A DNA stretch of 64,000 bases from Octopus sinensis (taxonomy: Eukaryota), in NCBI RefSeq assembly GCF_006345805.1, contig NC_043011.1, positions 16,690,464 to 16,754,463 on the forward strand, read 5' to 3'. Of the stretch, positions 12,827-25,899 are shown piece after piece; positions within the stretch are counted from its first letter, which is position 1, and each line of letters opens with the position of its first letter. The notes below the pieces were generated by a model that saw only the letters and a list, made by a program, of their open reading frames with translations, was not told the DNA's origin and ran no database searches. The position numbers and the translations under genes are program-made.

Positions 12827-13682
12827 GTAGAGGAAATAGCTCAATTCTTTGGCTGCTATTTCTAAAGATTCGGTGTGTGGTAAAGTAAATTTTTTTTGCT
12901 GAACCCTAATTATATAACGTAATGTTTTAAATATACCGTAAATGGTCTTTTTACATACTGAACACTACTTGGTAAAATTATTAATTAATAATTAATTAAT
13001 TTTGCCCTTATCATTATTGACAATATATATATCAGAGAGTGAGAGAGACAGACAGACAGAAAGATAATTGGTCTGTGATAACTACATCTAGTATTTTGAT
13101 GCAGAATTTGAACCTCTTATTCTGTTTTTCCAAGGATATTTTGGCATTAATATATCTTTTTCCTTTTTTATTTTTTGTTTTCAATTTTTTTTCAAATAAT
13201 ACATAGAAAAAGAAAAAAAGAAAGAAAATTAGAGAGATAGATATATTGTCTACTGGCAGTCGAAGAAGAGTTGAAAGTGTTCAACAGTGCACAGAGGTTT
13301 CCTGTGTTCACTGATGCACAGAGATTCCCGGAAATGATACACAGATTTTACCGCTAGTCAGTTACTCCGGTGTTCCATCGCCAACACACCCTGTTTATGT
13401 GAAACATAAAAGTACCGATCAGATATTTATGGCTTTGGAGTAAAAGGTTAGCTTTCACAGCAAGCTAACGACAATCTATCGCTAACGAATATTTCTCTGA
13501 GATCTTGAAAGAAAATCACGCGACTGAATTCTTAAAAAATGCGTTCGTTTCAGGTAGGTGTAACATGACTTTTATAAAGGTTTTGTGTCGTCTTCTTTAA
13601 GTATTGCTTTGTATAAAATTGACCTAAATATTGAACTTCATGATAATCTTTATTATTTTCTTCGTTACTATATTCCGATCTT

Positions 13683-14070
13683 GGTTCTTTTCGGTTTGAA
13701 CGACAGTTTTTTAAATAATTTCTAGGTATCTAAAAAATTTTAAACTTTGTATACTTGGCTTTATTGGGAAAATTCTATAGTTTGTAAGATCTTTTTGTTT
13801 TTTTTCTTCAATTTCTGCAATTTCAACCAATCACATACATCTATTGATGTAAAAAACATTCTGTGCCGTATAAATGTCCCCCGTTTAAGAAACAGATTGG
13901 GTTTATTTACATTTGTGAAGAAAAAAAAGATACCCTTCCCCCCACCCCTAACCCTAACCCTAACCCTAAAAAAGATTGAAATACAATAGATCGATACTAT
14001 GGTCATAATTATGGGTGACAATTTCATATGACACCGCCAGAAAAAACTGCCGTTCAAACCGAAAAGATCC
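13683..14070. mobile_element. MITE with GG-initiated TIRs and 8-bp TSD (Merlin-like, tentative), with internal (CCCTAA)n
   Basis: TIR GG(T/A)TCTTTTCGGTTTGAACG(A/G)CAGTTTTTT at both ends. TSD CCGATCTT (13675-13682) and CCAATCTT (14071-14078). Confidence 0.85.
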
Positions 14071-14288
14071 CCAATCTTAATTAGACGAGAAATTAACACG
14101 GATTTACTCTATTGACAGACTATTGAGTTCCATAAATGACTCCAGTTCTGCTGCTTGAGAGTCAAGCGTTTGAATTGTTGTGAGATATAGAGTATATAAG
14201 CACCCCATGAAAGATATCTATTCCCTGGTTCAGTACCAAATGTGCTGGAAAAGGCAATAATAACAACAGTCGATAAAGTTACAATATA

Positions 14289-14519
14289 TATTTCTTTACA
14301 ACCCACAAGAGGCTAAACATAGAGGGGACAAACAAGGACAGACGAAGGGATTGAGTCGATTATATCGCCCCCAGTGCGAAACTGGTACTTTATTTATCGA
14401 CCTCGAAAGGATGAAAGGCAAAGTTGACCTCGGCGGAATTTGAACTCAGAACGCAACGACAGACGAAATACCGCTAAGCATTTCGCCCGGCGCGCTAACG
14501 TGTCTGCTAGCTCGCCACT
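14289..14519 (-). mobile_element. SINE family A
   Basis: Reverse complement of the 1757-1986 type sequence. Confidence 0.9.
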
Positions 14520-15144
14520 TGTCCCACTAATAACCCGTTGTTTAATTTTGGCTTTTGAAGACCGTTAACATTTTATAACTTCCTACATCACAATGCTCCA
14601 TGTAAACCTCCCAGACCAATTACAAAACGACATTGTACCTATCTTGGATGAAATATATTCAATAGCTAGTTACTCTTACTTTCATTATTCTTTTTTAGAC
14701 GTAACTTATTTCAAAATGCAAAATTAGTATTAGTTTAATGCTAATGTGTTTACGACACAACCAAAAAAGTGCTGTAAAATATGTATCACCAACATAAGAA
14801 TCTTTGGTGAAGTGGAACTGAAGTAATAGATGGTAAGGAACGTCTATGAATCATTTAAGATCTAATAAACGATGAAAGTCTTCCTCACGCATTATTTAAA
14901 GCGATTAGTATTTTAAAAACCTAATTGATACTATTCTGATCTTTTATAATCGCATTATCTCTGCATTCAAATTTGTATTCAACGCACACATATACGTATA
15001 TAATGCGCGTGCACACACACATAAACACACACACACACACACACACACACATACCTACTGCTCGAAGCGACAAGTCGCGTATTTGGTGTGGGAGAATATT
15101 TATCGAAAATACAATGAATCCTGCCTCCAACTTTGGAGACGTAA

Positions 15145-17083
15145 CTATCAGCCTTGTTAAATAATTGGTTAATCTTCAGATCAATTAACTGACGGAGCCT
15201 TTTTTATTCATTATGGTAGTAGTTTTCGACTGAAACTTACCATGCAGAGAGTTACTACAAACAACATGGCTGGACATAACATCAACAATATCATAATCTA
15301 GGAACAGAACAAAACCAACAGCTCAAAAGGTAAACAGATTCTTCTAGCTCTAGTTATAGAAGAAACCGTAATTACAAAACCAATTTTTCTTGGAGTTATG
15401 AATTGAATACTGATTTATTTAACTGCTACAAATGAACGACACAAAACCTCGATGCTGGCTATATGAATCGATTAAAATCATATTGGGACGATCTGCATCC
15501 AAAATTAAATCATTTTGATGCGAAGTAATTACGCCAACACGCAACATTTGTGGAACATAGGAAGCAAGTTAGTGATGATAACTTTATTAAAAGAAGATCT
15601 GAAATTAATCTTCTTCCCAACTCTACAAACGAATATGTGAATGATATAAGACCACCACGTGGTTTCGCAGCTAGCGACATTCCAACAGATTCTATATTGC
15701 CTGCCAGTCAAACTACATTACTGGCTAAAGTTACTGACCACTGTCCGCTACGACGACTATGGTAAATAGCAGGCACAACCGCAACGATTATTGTCATGAT
15801 TATATATTGCTGAAATGTGCCCACACTGAAATTTTCCGAGAAATAAGAAAACTAGCGTTGAAGTAATCTCTCCAAGAGAGAGTATTTTCTACCAACGTAA
15901 ATAAAAAAGAACACCAGATACGATATTAAGATCTGCTAACGAAATTGGAGACGAGTATTTACAGAAGTGTAATGAACTCTCGTTCGGGCAGATTAATACC
16001 TGCCTATATGGCCTGGCTGATGATACAAAGCAGTACATGAACGACATTGAAAAAGTGAACAAAACAGAAACAATAAAGACAGTGCCATCGTGGGTTTTGA
16101 AGAGAGAGAAAAAGCTAGCTGATTTACGGAAGATCATCAGCCATGTCAGGATGCTTACTGCGTGCAAACAAGCAAATCACTATACGTCTCTACAACAAAA
16201 TGTGAAGAAGGAGTTAGAAGTGATGTTTGGAGACAGCAAAAAGAGGACACTCAAATGCAAACTGATCACTCTCAAGCAGGAGCTAAAAGCCATCAGTAAG
16301 AAAGTGCGACATCAGATGAGAATAACCGAGAGAACAATAAACAAACAATTTAACCGGAAACAGGGAGCAGAATAGAGAGACATGAGAGGAGAAGCAATGA
16401 ACATCACAGAAGCTCCTTCACGAGAAGACACAGACTCCTTCTGGGGGAAAATTTGGAGTGAAGCGAAGGTATTTAACCAAGATGCTTTGAGGCAGGAAGA
16501 AATTCGAAGTAGTTATTGTTCCTGCATTACACCCAAAACATATAGTACTGATGGGGATACCTTTGTAATTGTGATCCAGAAACTTCAGGATGGAAAGCAC
16601 CTGGAAGGGACTTGATTATTGAATATTGGTACAAAAAGCTAACCTTCAACCGACCACGTCTTATCAATTTGTACAAGCAAGCTCTCAATAGGAACAGTAC
16701 CGTACCACACTGTTTAGCTCTGGCAGAGACGAACTTGATCCCTAAATGCAGAACTACTCGCATGACAAAAATCTACCGGTCAATTTCATGCCAGAACTTA
16801 ATGTACAAAATATATACAGCATGCTTAAACCTCTTGTTCCAAGACCATTGTGAAAGCAATAACATCATCACAGCAGAACATGCAACTGGAAAGAAGAGAG
16901 TCTGGGGATGTTAATCAAGAAAACTGCGATGTCAGAGATGCGGGAGCATAGAAGGAACTTACGTTCAATGTAGCTAGACTACGAAAAAGCCTTTGACTCT
17001 GTTCCCCACTCATGGATGCTAGAAGACCTTCAGCTTGATTAAGTTTCAGTGAGAATAGTCAAAGCCATAGCTTTGAGATGCTA
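15145..17083 (+). mobile_element. R4/Dong-like LINE, 5-prime half including start of RT, decayed
   Basis: WKAPGRDLIIEYWYKKL, YRSISCQNLMYKIYTACL, EHATGKKRVWGC, LDYEKAFDSVPHSW. N-terminus shared with 40429-42273 and 162-2280. Confidence 0.85.
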
Positions 17084-17931
17084 ATTAGGGGGAGAAGGCA
17101 TCAGGATTTGGGCAGGTACTATTGGAAGTATTATGGTTGGTCTTTGGAAAGTGCTGGACGATGTTAAAATAATTGCTGACGCTTATATAGCCTTTCTGTG
17201 GAAGAACTTTGAACTTTGGTTAAAAAAGCAAAGATCGCCTTCAGGACAACCTTTATGTTCATACAAGATAATGTACCCTCGCACTTAGCGAAGAAAACTA
17301 CAGAGTATCTGCAACAATTAGGTTTCTGTGTACCTCGTAAGATGAAGTGGCCTGCCTGTTCTCCCGACTTAATCCAATAGAAAACTTAAGGAGTATTCGA
17401 AAGCGATGTGTTTACGAAAATGGACGCCAATTTAGGAGCAAGGATTAACTGTTGCAGGTAATAGTGGATGTATCTCGTGGTATAACATCAGAGGAGATCC
17501 AGAAATTAACATGTTTCATGGGTTTCATGGACCAGTGCCTTTTCCAAATTATTTTAAACAAAGGCTCATATATCCCTCACTAACAAGTTCACCAATAATT
17601 TTTGAACGCTGATTATTTGTTTATTTCTAATTCTTCCATGTTTATGATTGTATGTGTTGTGTTCATTTCAGTATGTGCATCAAACAATTACATTGGTATT
17701 TTTTTGTTTACATGAGTTTTAATTACACCTAGCTAATAATTTGAAACTGAAGGTTTACATAAAATTTTGTAAATGGCCATAGTTTCTGAGTTGTTTTATA
17801 GAACCTCACGTTTTTATACACCACGCGCATATAACAGTTGCCATCATTCTGTGACAGTTTCGTTGCATTCTAACGAGTAGTATTAAATAAAATAAAAAGA
17901 TGTCACGCCATTAATAATTTGAAACGCAGTG
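17084..17931 (+). mobile_element. Tc1-like transposon 3-prime part (DDE transposase remnant and right end)
   Basis: GGEGIRIWAG, FIQDNVPSH, KWPACSPDLNPIENL motifs. Ends in ..GAAACGCAGTG followed by TA. Confidence 0.8.
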
Positions 17932-18534
17932 TATATATTCCCAGCCTGATCAGTGACCAGCAAATATTTCGAACCGAAAACATCCAAACAAAATATGCTC
18001 CTTTGCTCTGCAACATCTGAATTCATTAAGGAAGCACCTGTTGGGCCTAAGATCAAAACAATGACCTACTTTCTCCATCCAAACATGTATACACATAAAT
18101 ATCAAAATAACTCAAGCCTTACCATACACTCTTTCTTTCTATCATTCTCTCTTCTTTCCTATCAAAATAGAACAACGACGCAATATAGATCCTTAATTCA
18201 ATCATACCAATTCCATCTCTCTCCTCTTGTTATTTCTATGTATTTATACACTCGCTTAGTCCAAATGCAGACAGCCTTCTCCCTAACACATACCTCACTG
18301 AACCTTTTGATTAGCGAAAATTGATAAACATCCTTCAGTTAAACATTCGTTACTTTCAACTATGATGCTATATCGCCTGATAACATGAACGCATGAATGA
18401 CGATTTATAATATTCATGGATATTACAAAGTATATTGTAATCATCCTATGGATGCGGATTATAGTCACAAACAACATGTGATTTTTGGAAACGCACATAC
18501 CGATGCATTAAAATATTTATGAAATTTCATCATT

Positions 18535-18577
18535 GGATTATTATTATTATTATTATTATATTATTATTATTATTATT

Positions 18578-18652
<75 letters not shown>

Positions 18653-18700
18653 ATTATTATTATTATTACTATTATTATTATTATTGTTATTGCTATTATT
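18535..18700. repeat. compound (ATT)n/(GTT)n microsatellite
   Basis: Direct observation. It produces the poly-I/L/V ORFs. Confidence 0.95.
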
Positions 18701-18704
18701 TATT

Positions 18705-19440
18705 GTTTCCTTTCATTATAACTTTATTTCAGCTGCCTTAGCACTGGGCATCCTCCAGAGGCCAAGGACCCATCAAGGTTATCTTTTGTAGTTCACGAAG
18801 ATTGGAGTTACCAGGGAGTTATTTAATATATTTTTCAGCTCCCTTCTTTATCATTCCCATCGTACCAATTACTACTGATATTATCATAGTAATAAGCTTC
18901 CACATTTTTGTGCTTTCAATTTGCAGATCTTTATAATGAGAAAGCTTTTCGTATTCCTTTCTTGAGACGGTTTGATCTTGTAGACAGACATATCTGTTAA
19001 CAGACTTGTTCCTCTGTTGTAGTCTGGTCGGTTGGAGTCAATTTTTCTGTCTGTTTGTACTGGGAAATTCCAAAGGATGGTGACGCCCTCGCCATTTACT
19101 ACATCCTGTGGATGGTGCCTATAACACTTATCATGGAATTTAATTTTGTAGTATTTACAAGCATTCCAGTGAATGTACTGCCCTAGTCTGTCATGTCTTA
19201 TGAGGTACTCCTTTTCAGCGAGGACTGGGCAGCCAGAAACAACATGCTCAATTGTTTCTCTGAATTTTCCACAAATTCTGCATGAGGGTCAGACCCATCC
19301 TTAAGGACGCTTGCATGGTGGTTTCTGGTAGGTAAGCTTTGATCTTGCGCTGCAATAATAAAATCTTCTGTTTTCCCTTTCAGAACTGTGCCTTGTATCC
19401 ATTGGTGAGTTAGATTTTAATCGATATCTGGCTTGGACAG
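18705..19440 (-). mobile_element. R4/Dong-like LINE 3-prime part (second lineage) abutting a (TAA)n array
   Basis: Minus strand LKGKTEDFIIAAQDQSLPTRN, CRICGKFRETIEHVVSGCPVLAEKEYLIRHD, TILWNFPVQTDRKIDSNRPD. The 3-prime end runs into (AAT/AAC)n. Confidence 0.85.
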
Positions 19441-19478
19441 GTGGTTAGCGTATTTAGTATAGTACATACATATATACA

Positions 19479-19534
<56 letters not shown>

Positions 19535-19659
19535 TATATATATATTATAGATATAGGGTAAAAAATTATTAATTTATAATTAATAAATTTCACCAATTAG
19601 TTTCGGTATGGAAAGGAACCATATTCGGTAAAATCTTATACAAGAAGTTTTATATATAA

Positions 19660-20044
19660 CTAGCAGTATCGCCCGGCGTTGCTCAGGTTTGTAAGGGAAA
19701 TAACTATAAAGCATTTTTAGAGAGTTATAGCCAAAAAATAGCAAAAAAATGGAAAAAAAATGATGGTAAATTTTTTTTGAGAGTTAAAAAAGGTGGAGTT
19801 GCGTCCCCTAGACGGTCTGTGGTTTGGGTTTAAGATTCTCGACCCCATGTCGAATTTATCGATTTTTTTCAGAACTGGGGGAACTTTTCAAAATTTTCGC
19901 TGCGTTAGTTTTGAATTATGACGTTGGGCTATGTGTGTGTCAAGTTTCATCAGAATCGGTTGAAAGCCGTGGTCAGGGTGAGGGTACAACCTAACAGACA
20001 CACAGAAACACGCACAGACAAACTGCCGTTTATATAGAGAGAGA
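19660..20044 (-). mobile_element. non-autonomous Helitron
   Basis: TC/CTAG ends, hairpin and A/T target. Near-identical to 35126-35476. Confidence 0.85.
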
Positions 20045-20090
20045 TTATAACAATAATTAAGGGTTTAGCGACGAGTTGCTAAATATGTAA

Positions 20091-20170
<80 letters not shown>

Positions 20171-20239
20171 TTTGATTAAGTTTCGGCTAAAATTGGTCAA
20201 GGCCATGACAAACTTGATAACACCACCTGGAAAACAAAT

Positions 20240-20680
20240 TTAATGATATTTCATACACCGTCATACTTCGAACACCATGGCCCGTTCGAGAAAATAGTAA
20301 TCGTTAGCAGAAAAGTATCCTAGTGGAGATGGCTTATCTGGAATTTGTTGGAGACGTGCATCCAGGAATCGTTTCAAAATCTATGGCATGTTTTTTCTCC
20401 CATACGCCTTACGTATCATGCCATTATATTAAAGAGAGCGAGTCCAGCTGAGGTGATATAATTCTGCCTCGGTGTTGTAATGTTGCGCGAGCGTGATTTT
20501 TGCAGAAGGAGGATGGCACGGGGATCAAACCTTAGATGAATTTTATAGTTGATGCTAATATCATTTGTACAATATTGATGGAATATTATCTTTATCATAC
20601 AAATGATATCATGCTCACGGCAGAATAAAGTTTGAGTATCTCGAGCCGATCCTAGTACTCAAAACCTGTAAAGTCGTCTC
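20240..20680 (-). mobile_element. CR1/L2-group LINE 3-prime fragment
   Basis: IFHQYCTNDISINYKIHLRFDPRAIL..ITSAGLALFN, then FETIPGCTSPTNSR-like remnants. Homologous to 57615-58000. Confidence 0.65.
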
Positions 20681-21212
20681 TTTTTATGTGCGATTGATGT
20701 CTGGTATGCTTCAGTTTTTATAGTATTCTGTTTCGTGCATGGAGACTATAGCGAACAGCAGTATTCAAGGTGAAGACGGGTGATGGTAGAAAAGAGACAA
20801 ACAGTGATTGGAACGTTTTTAGTCAAGGAGCACGCCTTGTGGGCCACATACACCCACACACGGACACACACAAACACTCATACACATTTATATATGCGTA
20901 TACGAACATACGACGCACAGACACATGCAAACATATATATGTATGAGTCTATTTATGCATATATATATATCAAGCTTATTTATAAGAACTCATTCAATTA
21001 TCTGTGATTATCTGAATAGAAAAATTTCATGTTTTTGTTAAGTGACAACGCAGACAAATTCTTATTTAAATTCTAAAAATTTATATTACTACCGGATTAA
21101 AACGTCAAGAATCTCCCCTTTACTTATTGATTGGTTTTACTTATATTATTGTTTGATTTAATTCCACACGTTCATTTTAGCTACAGACACTCCCCTTGTC
21201 ATTTATGGTGCT

Positions 21213-21607
21213 TTACTCTTTTACTTGTTTCAGTCATTTGACTGCGGCCATGCTGGAGCACCACCTTTAATCGAGCAACTCGACCCCGGGACTTATTCTT
21301 TTTGTAAGCCCAGTACTTATTCTATCGGTCTCTTTTGCCGAACCGCTAAGTTACCAGCATCGGTTGTCATGCAATGTTGGAGGTGTCAAACACAGACACA
21401 CAAACATATACACACATACATATAAATTTATATATACATATATACGACGGGCTTCTTTCAGTTTCCGTCTACCAAATCCACTCACAAGGCTTTGGTCGGC
21501 CCGAGGCTATAGTAGATGACATTTGCCCAAGGTGCCACGCAGTGGGACTGAACCCGGAGCCATGTGGTTGGTAAGCAAGCTACTTACCACACAGCCAGTC
21601 CTGCGCC
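21213..21607 (-). mobile_element. SINE family B, near full length
   Basis: Matches 51244-51660. Confidence 0.9.
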
Positions 21608-22365
21608 TTTGTTTACCTTTGAAATTTTTTTCCGAAATTGCTTGTGTTCTACATCTCAACCGATTTAAATAACCATGCACTTAAAGAAACAACGCCGATA
21701 AACGAGAAACACACCATATGTTCCTTACTCAAATAAATGGGTCGGTTCGTTCACCACCACTTGCGCATGTCATTACAATACGCGTATGCTACTCTACATC
21801 TGTACAGCGTACTCTCTCATGTTAATACATTTATAGACAAAAAAAACACACACACAAGCATACTCATACATACATATTCATACATACATACTTATATCTA
21901 TATACAGATGTGTTTTTACAATTAGGCAAATATTTCCAGAGGCAAACATATGAACATATACGTGTGAATTAATTCCATCAATGAAGGAAAATATATTGTA
22001 TTCTAGCTGAACATCGTGCATTTTTATAAAATAAAAACCACATATTATTCTAATGCTTTTGTGTTTGTACTGTTGTCGTGGAGAAGGTTTTGTTCTCATA
22101 GGACCATTCTAGTTCATTTGTCTTCTTTCTTTGCGTATTGTCGAGTTTGAAGCGCTACTGTAAGACAGTTTATTGTAATTCTATATAGTTCAGTACTAGT
22201 ACACTGCAGATCTTACGCAGTATTTCGTTGTAGGCTCAAATATTTACTCACAGCAAATACACAAATTGATCGTCTTAATTCGTCATTCTAGATGGTCGCG
22301 CGCGCACACACACATACATTGTGTGTGTATATATATATATATATACGTAAACATTATGCGTATAT

Positions 22366-22669
22366 ATCACCGTGATCGACCAGGCTATCAGATGTTGCTA
22401 CACATCGCTGGTCACAATGCACTTCGCATTGTTTCAGCCTTCAAATGACGCCACCCTGCTGGCTAAGTGAGCAGACCAACATAAAAAAAGAGAGACAGAA
22501 AGAGTGGCGAAAGAATACATCAGGGATCGCCACCATCCCCTGCCGGAGTGTCGTGGAGCTTTTAGGCGTTTTCGCTCAATAATCACTTCAACGCCCGGTC
22601 TGGGAATCGAAACTGTGATCCTCCGACCACGAGTCCACTGCCCTAACCACTGGGCCATTGCGCCTCCAC
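22366..22669 (-). mobile_element. SINE family C (head GTGGAGGCGCAATGGCCCAG, OR-like) with tail Y, in (TA)n context
   Basis: tRNA-like head with GTTTCGATTCCC. Tail ..CATCTGATAGCCTGGTCGATCACGGTGAT(AT)n. Confidence 0.88.
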
Positions 22670-22733
<64 letters not shown>

Positions 22734-22741
<8 letters not shown>

Positions 22742-22853
22742 ATCACGTGACCGAGCAGACCATCAGATGTTGTTATACATCGCTGGTCACAATGCGTTCG
22801 CATTGTTTTAGCCTTCGAATGACGCCACCCCGCTGGCTAAGCGAGCAGGCCAA
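22734..22853 (-). mobile_element. 5-prime-truncated tail-Y element within a (TA)n array
   Basis: Tail-Y sequence only, with TA repeats on both flanks. Confidence 0.85.
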
Positions 22854-23295
22854 TATATATATATATATATATATATACACCCACACACATATATATATAT
22901 GACTCTCTTTATAAATGTCCTGAAAACCCCACACAGCCTTGGCTTTGTTGTCTCATTTTATTTAACATATATATACACACGTATATACATATATATATAT
23001 GTGTGTGTGTGTGTGTGCATATGCGTATGCTACAACTTATCTTTAACAATCTGTCTTTTACTTGGTACAGCTTCTTCAATTATATCTATATACTTTACAC
23101 TTGCAATTTTCGGAGAAAGGACAACAATTGTGTCTTATATAAACATGGTGCAATATATGATGCTTAACAGCATACTGGACCGTCTTGCAGTATTAATTAC
23201 TTATGATTAGTTAGTGAGTTCAAATGCTACCATAAAGCGATTTTCACGTACATTTGTGTCTCATAAAATATCTATCAATATTATAGTATAATCTA

Positions 23296-23527
23296 AGACG
23301 GTGAGCTACCAGAACCGTTAGCACGCCGGGCAAAATGCTTAGCGGTATTTCATTTGCCGTTACATTCTGAGTTCGAATTCCGCCGAGGTCGACTTTGCCT
23401 TTCATTCTTTCGGGGTCGATTAAATAAGCACCAGTTACGCACTGGGGTCGATATAATCGACTTAATCCGTTTGTCCGTCCTTGTTTGTCCCCTCTGTGTT
23501 TAGCCCCTTATGAGCAGTAAAGAAATA
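23296..23527 (+). mobile_element. SINE family A, followed by a diverged related copy to about 23705
   Basis: Sequence similarity to 1757-1986. Confidence 0.9.
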
Positions 23528-25305
23528 GGCATTTCGTCCGTCTCACTTGCTGAGTTCAAATTCTACCATTCAAATGCCGTTCAAATGACTTCGCCATTCA
23601 TTCTTTCTTTGCCGATAAATAAGTACCAGTTGCTTACTGAGGTCGATACAATCTCCTTAACTCCTTCCCCGAAATTGCTGGCCTTGTGTCAAAATTTGAG
23701 ACTAATATAGCATCACCTAATAATGATGTAATCCAGTGCTAAGGTTAGGCATCAGTATTACATATTTACACTATTATCAAAATTTCGATTAGTACTGAGT
23801 GTTAATCACATTTGGATTGGAAATAGACTGTACTTGACCTAATTCAAAGATTACGGGGGCTAACATGAAGGACAAATTAAGGTAAACTAGAACAAAATCT
23901 CGCGTCTCACAATACAGAGGCATTTCTCATGGCTCCAGCAGACAAAATTGAAAAGGTGCTACCCCGGAGGATGGCAAGGAAGCGTTATATTTAATCTATC
24001 ATTAACATAAATTATCGGCAACTATCCACAGAATCTATAGTGATGGAAATAGGTATAAGAATACATTTAGGAAAATTCGTCCTGTAGACTCGAGAACAAA
24101 ATTGTAAGTCACCTCGAACAATTGCTTTCTTCTGTATTTAGTTTAAAAGCATTTGGAAGAAATACCTAAGTAGCAATAATGAAAACTTGATGTCTAGCAC
24201 TGCCACACGAACACATATTTGTATATTAAGCAGAGGAAATTAAATCAAACTCAGTAGTTTACTGAACTAGAATACATTTTATCGACTCTCGAAGAAAAGA
24301 TAATTGGGATTCTGGTGGAATTTAAAAGCACAACTTTAAAGGAAAGTAACTAAATATTAACAGACATTTTACAGAAAAGACAAAAGCTGGAAAAATGGAA
24401 AAGAATATTTCAAAAGATTCTGGGAACTGCGACTATATACAGCATGCTATACTACCCCTGAATTAAATGTTAAATTGCTTCCTTCGAAAATATTCTTTTA
24501 TTTTTCCAGATATTATTTCATGCTTCTTTATTTTCTAAAAGAAAAATGGCATCATTAAAATTGCTTTTGCAGGAAGCAGCATGTGGGTCACTCTAACTAA
24601 TCGATGACCTATGGAAAATATAATGAAATGAAATAAATACATTAAAACCAACAAGGTTTAGTGACCTTCGAAATAACCTGATGACCTTGAACAGCACTGC
24701 AGCAAGCTAAAGTTAATATGAAACTAACAAATCAATAAAGTTGATTGTGTTTTGTACGTAATTAATGAAATAAAGGGAAACAGTAAGAAATGAGGTATGG
24801 TATTAAAAATTTACAGCCTCGAAATATTGTATTTCTGATTAATATTAATTGTATCTGGAAATAATAATCTAAAACGCAAATAAACAACCAAAAAACCAAT
24901 TTTGTAAAATAATGTGTTAATATGTATGTACTTTTATAATTTAGTGACGTTTTGTAAGCTTATGCAATAATGCAATAATTATTTGTATAAACCCATACAG
25001 TTATGGTCATACTGTAGCGAATTAAAATGATATCAGATGTAATTTTTCTAGATAAATTCACATAGAAACGACATGAAGATAACATTACTTCATTATAAAT
25101 TTATAATACAAATATCATACGTCCATCATATGTTTTAAGTTAAAATATGCTATATGAATATAAATAAAGAGAAGAATTAATCGAGGGTGTGTGTATGTTT
25201 GTAAAACACGCTTTTGTGATCAAGCTATTTACTAGTGATCCGCTTTTACATACTCACCAGTCTGTAATCTGCACAAACATACACACATAAATCTACCACC
25301 ACCTC

Positions 25306-25388
<83 letters not shown>

Positions 25389-25414
25389 TTGCATGATTGT
25401 GTGTGTGTGTTGAG

Positions 25415-25654
25415 CCACAAGGTTTATTGGTTCGGGTGTTGTACTCATGATTGTAAGATTGTGCTTTCGATTCTTGGACTGGGTGATATGTTGTGTTTAT
25501 GAGCAAAACACTTCTCATTGCTCCAGTTCACTCAGAAGAAAAATGTAATTACTTCTGCAACGGACAGTTGTCTCGTCCAGGGGGAGATACATACATCACA
25601 AAATACGGGAAACCTGCCTTATAAGCCTATGGTTCAAGAACAATATTTCGAGGG

Positions 25655-25693
<39 letters not shown>

Positions 25694-25852
25694 ATTTGCC
25701 AAAGGCGTGAGTGTGTGGTAAGAAGCTTGCTTCTCAATGACATGGTACAGGGTTCAGTCCCACTGCGTGGCACTTTGGGCAAGTGTCTTCTACGATAGCC
25801 TCGGGCCTGTGAGTGAATTTGGTAGACAGAAACTGAAAGAAGCCCGTAGAAC

Positions 25853-25855
<3 letters not shown>
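25415..25855 (+). mobile_element. diverged family D-like SINE (25415-25640) and family B 5-prime part (25703-25855)
   Basis: Degenerate head and body motifs. Confidence 0.7.
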
Positions 25856-25895
<40 letters not shown>

Positions 25896-25899
25896 TATA

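Noticed and set aside
13461-13552. AG..GTAGGT-bounded segment with a protein-like frame (ANEYFSEILKENHATEF)
   Set aside because: All three frames contain a stop after the acceptor. At most a UTR exon, and unsupported.
13940-13970. (CCCTAA)n as a telomere or chromosome-fusion scar (also about 36800-36825)
   Set aside because: The runs are short and lie inside TSD-flanked MITEs.
17953-18324. 123-aa plus-strand ORF
   Set aside because: Non-ATG start, low-complexity pyrimidine-rich sequence, no motif and no splice support.
19595-19640. Hammerhead-like remnant on the minus strand (CCGAATATGG..ACCGAAACTAATT)
   Set aside because: Core and stem III are too degenerate to support a call.
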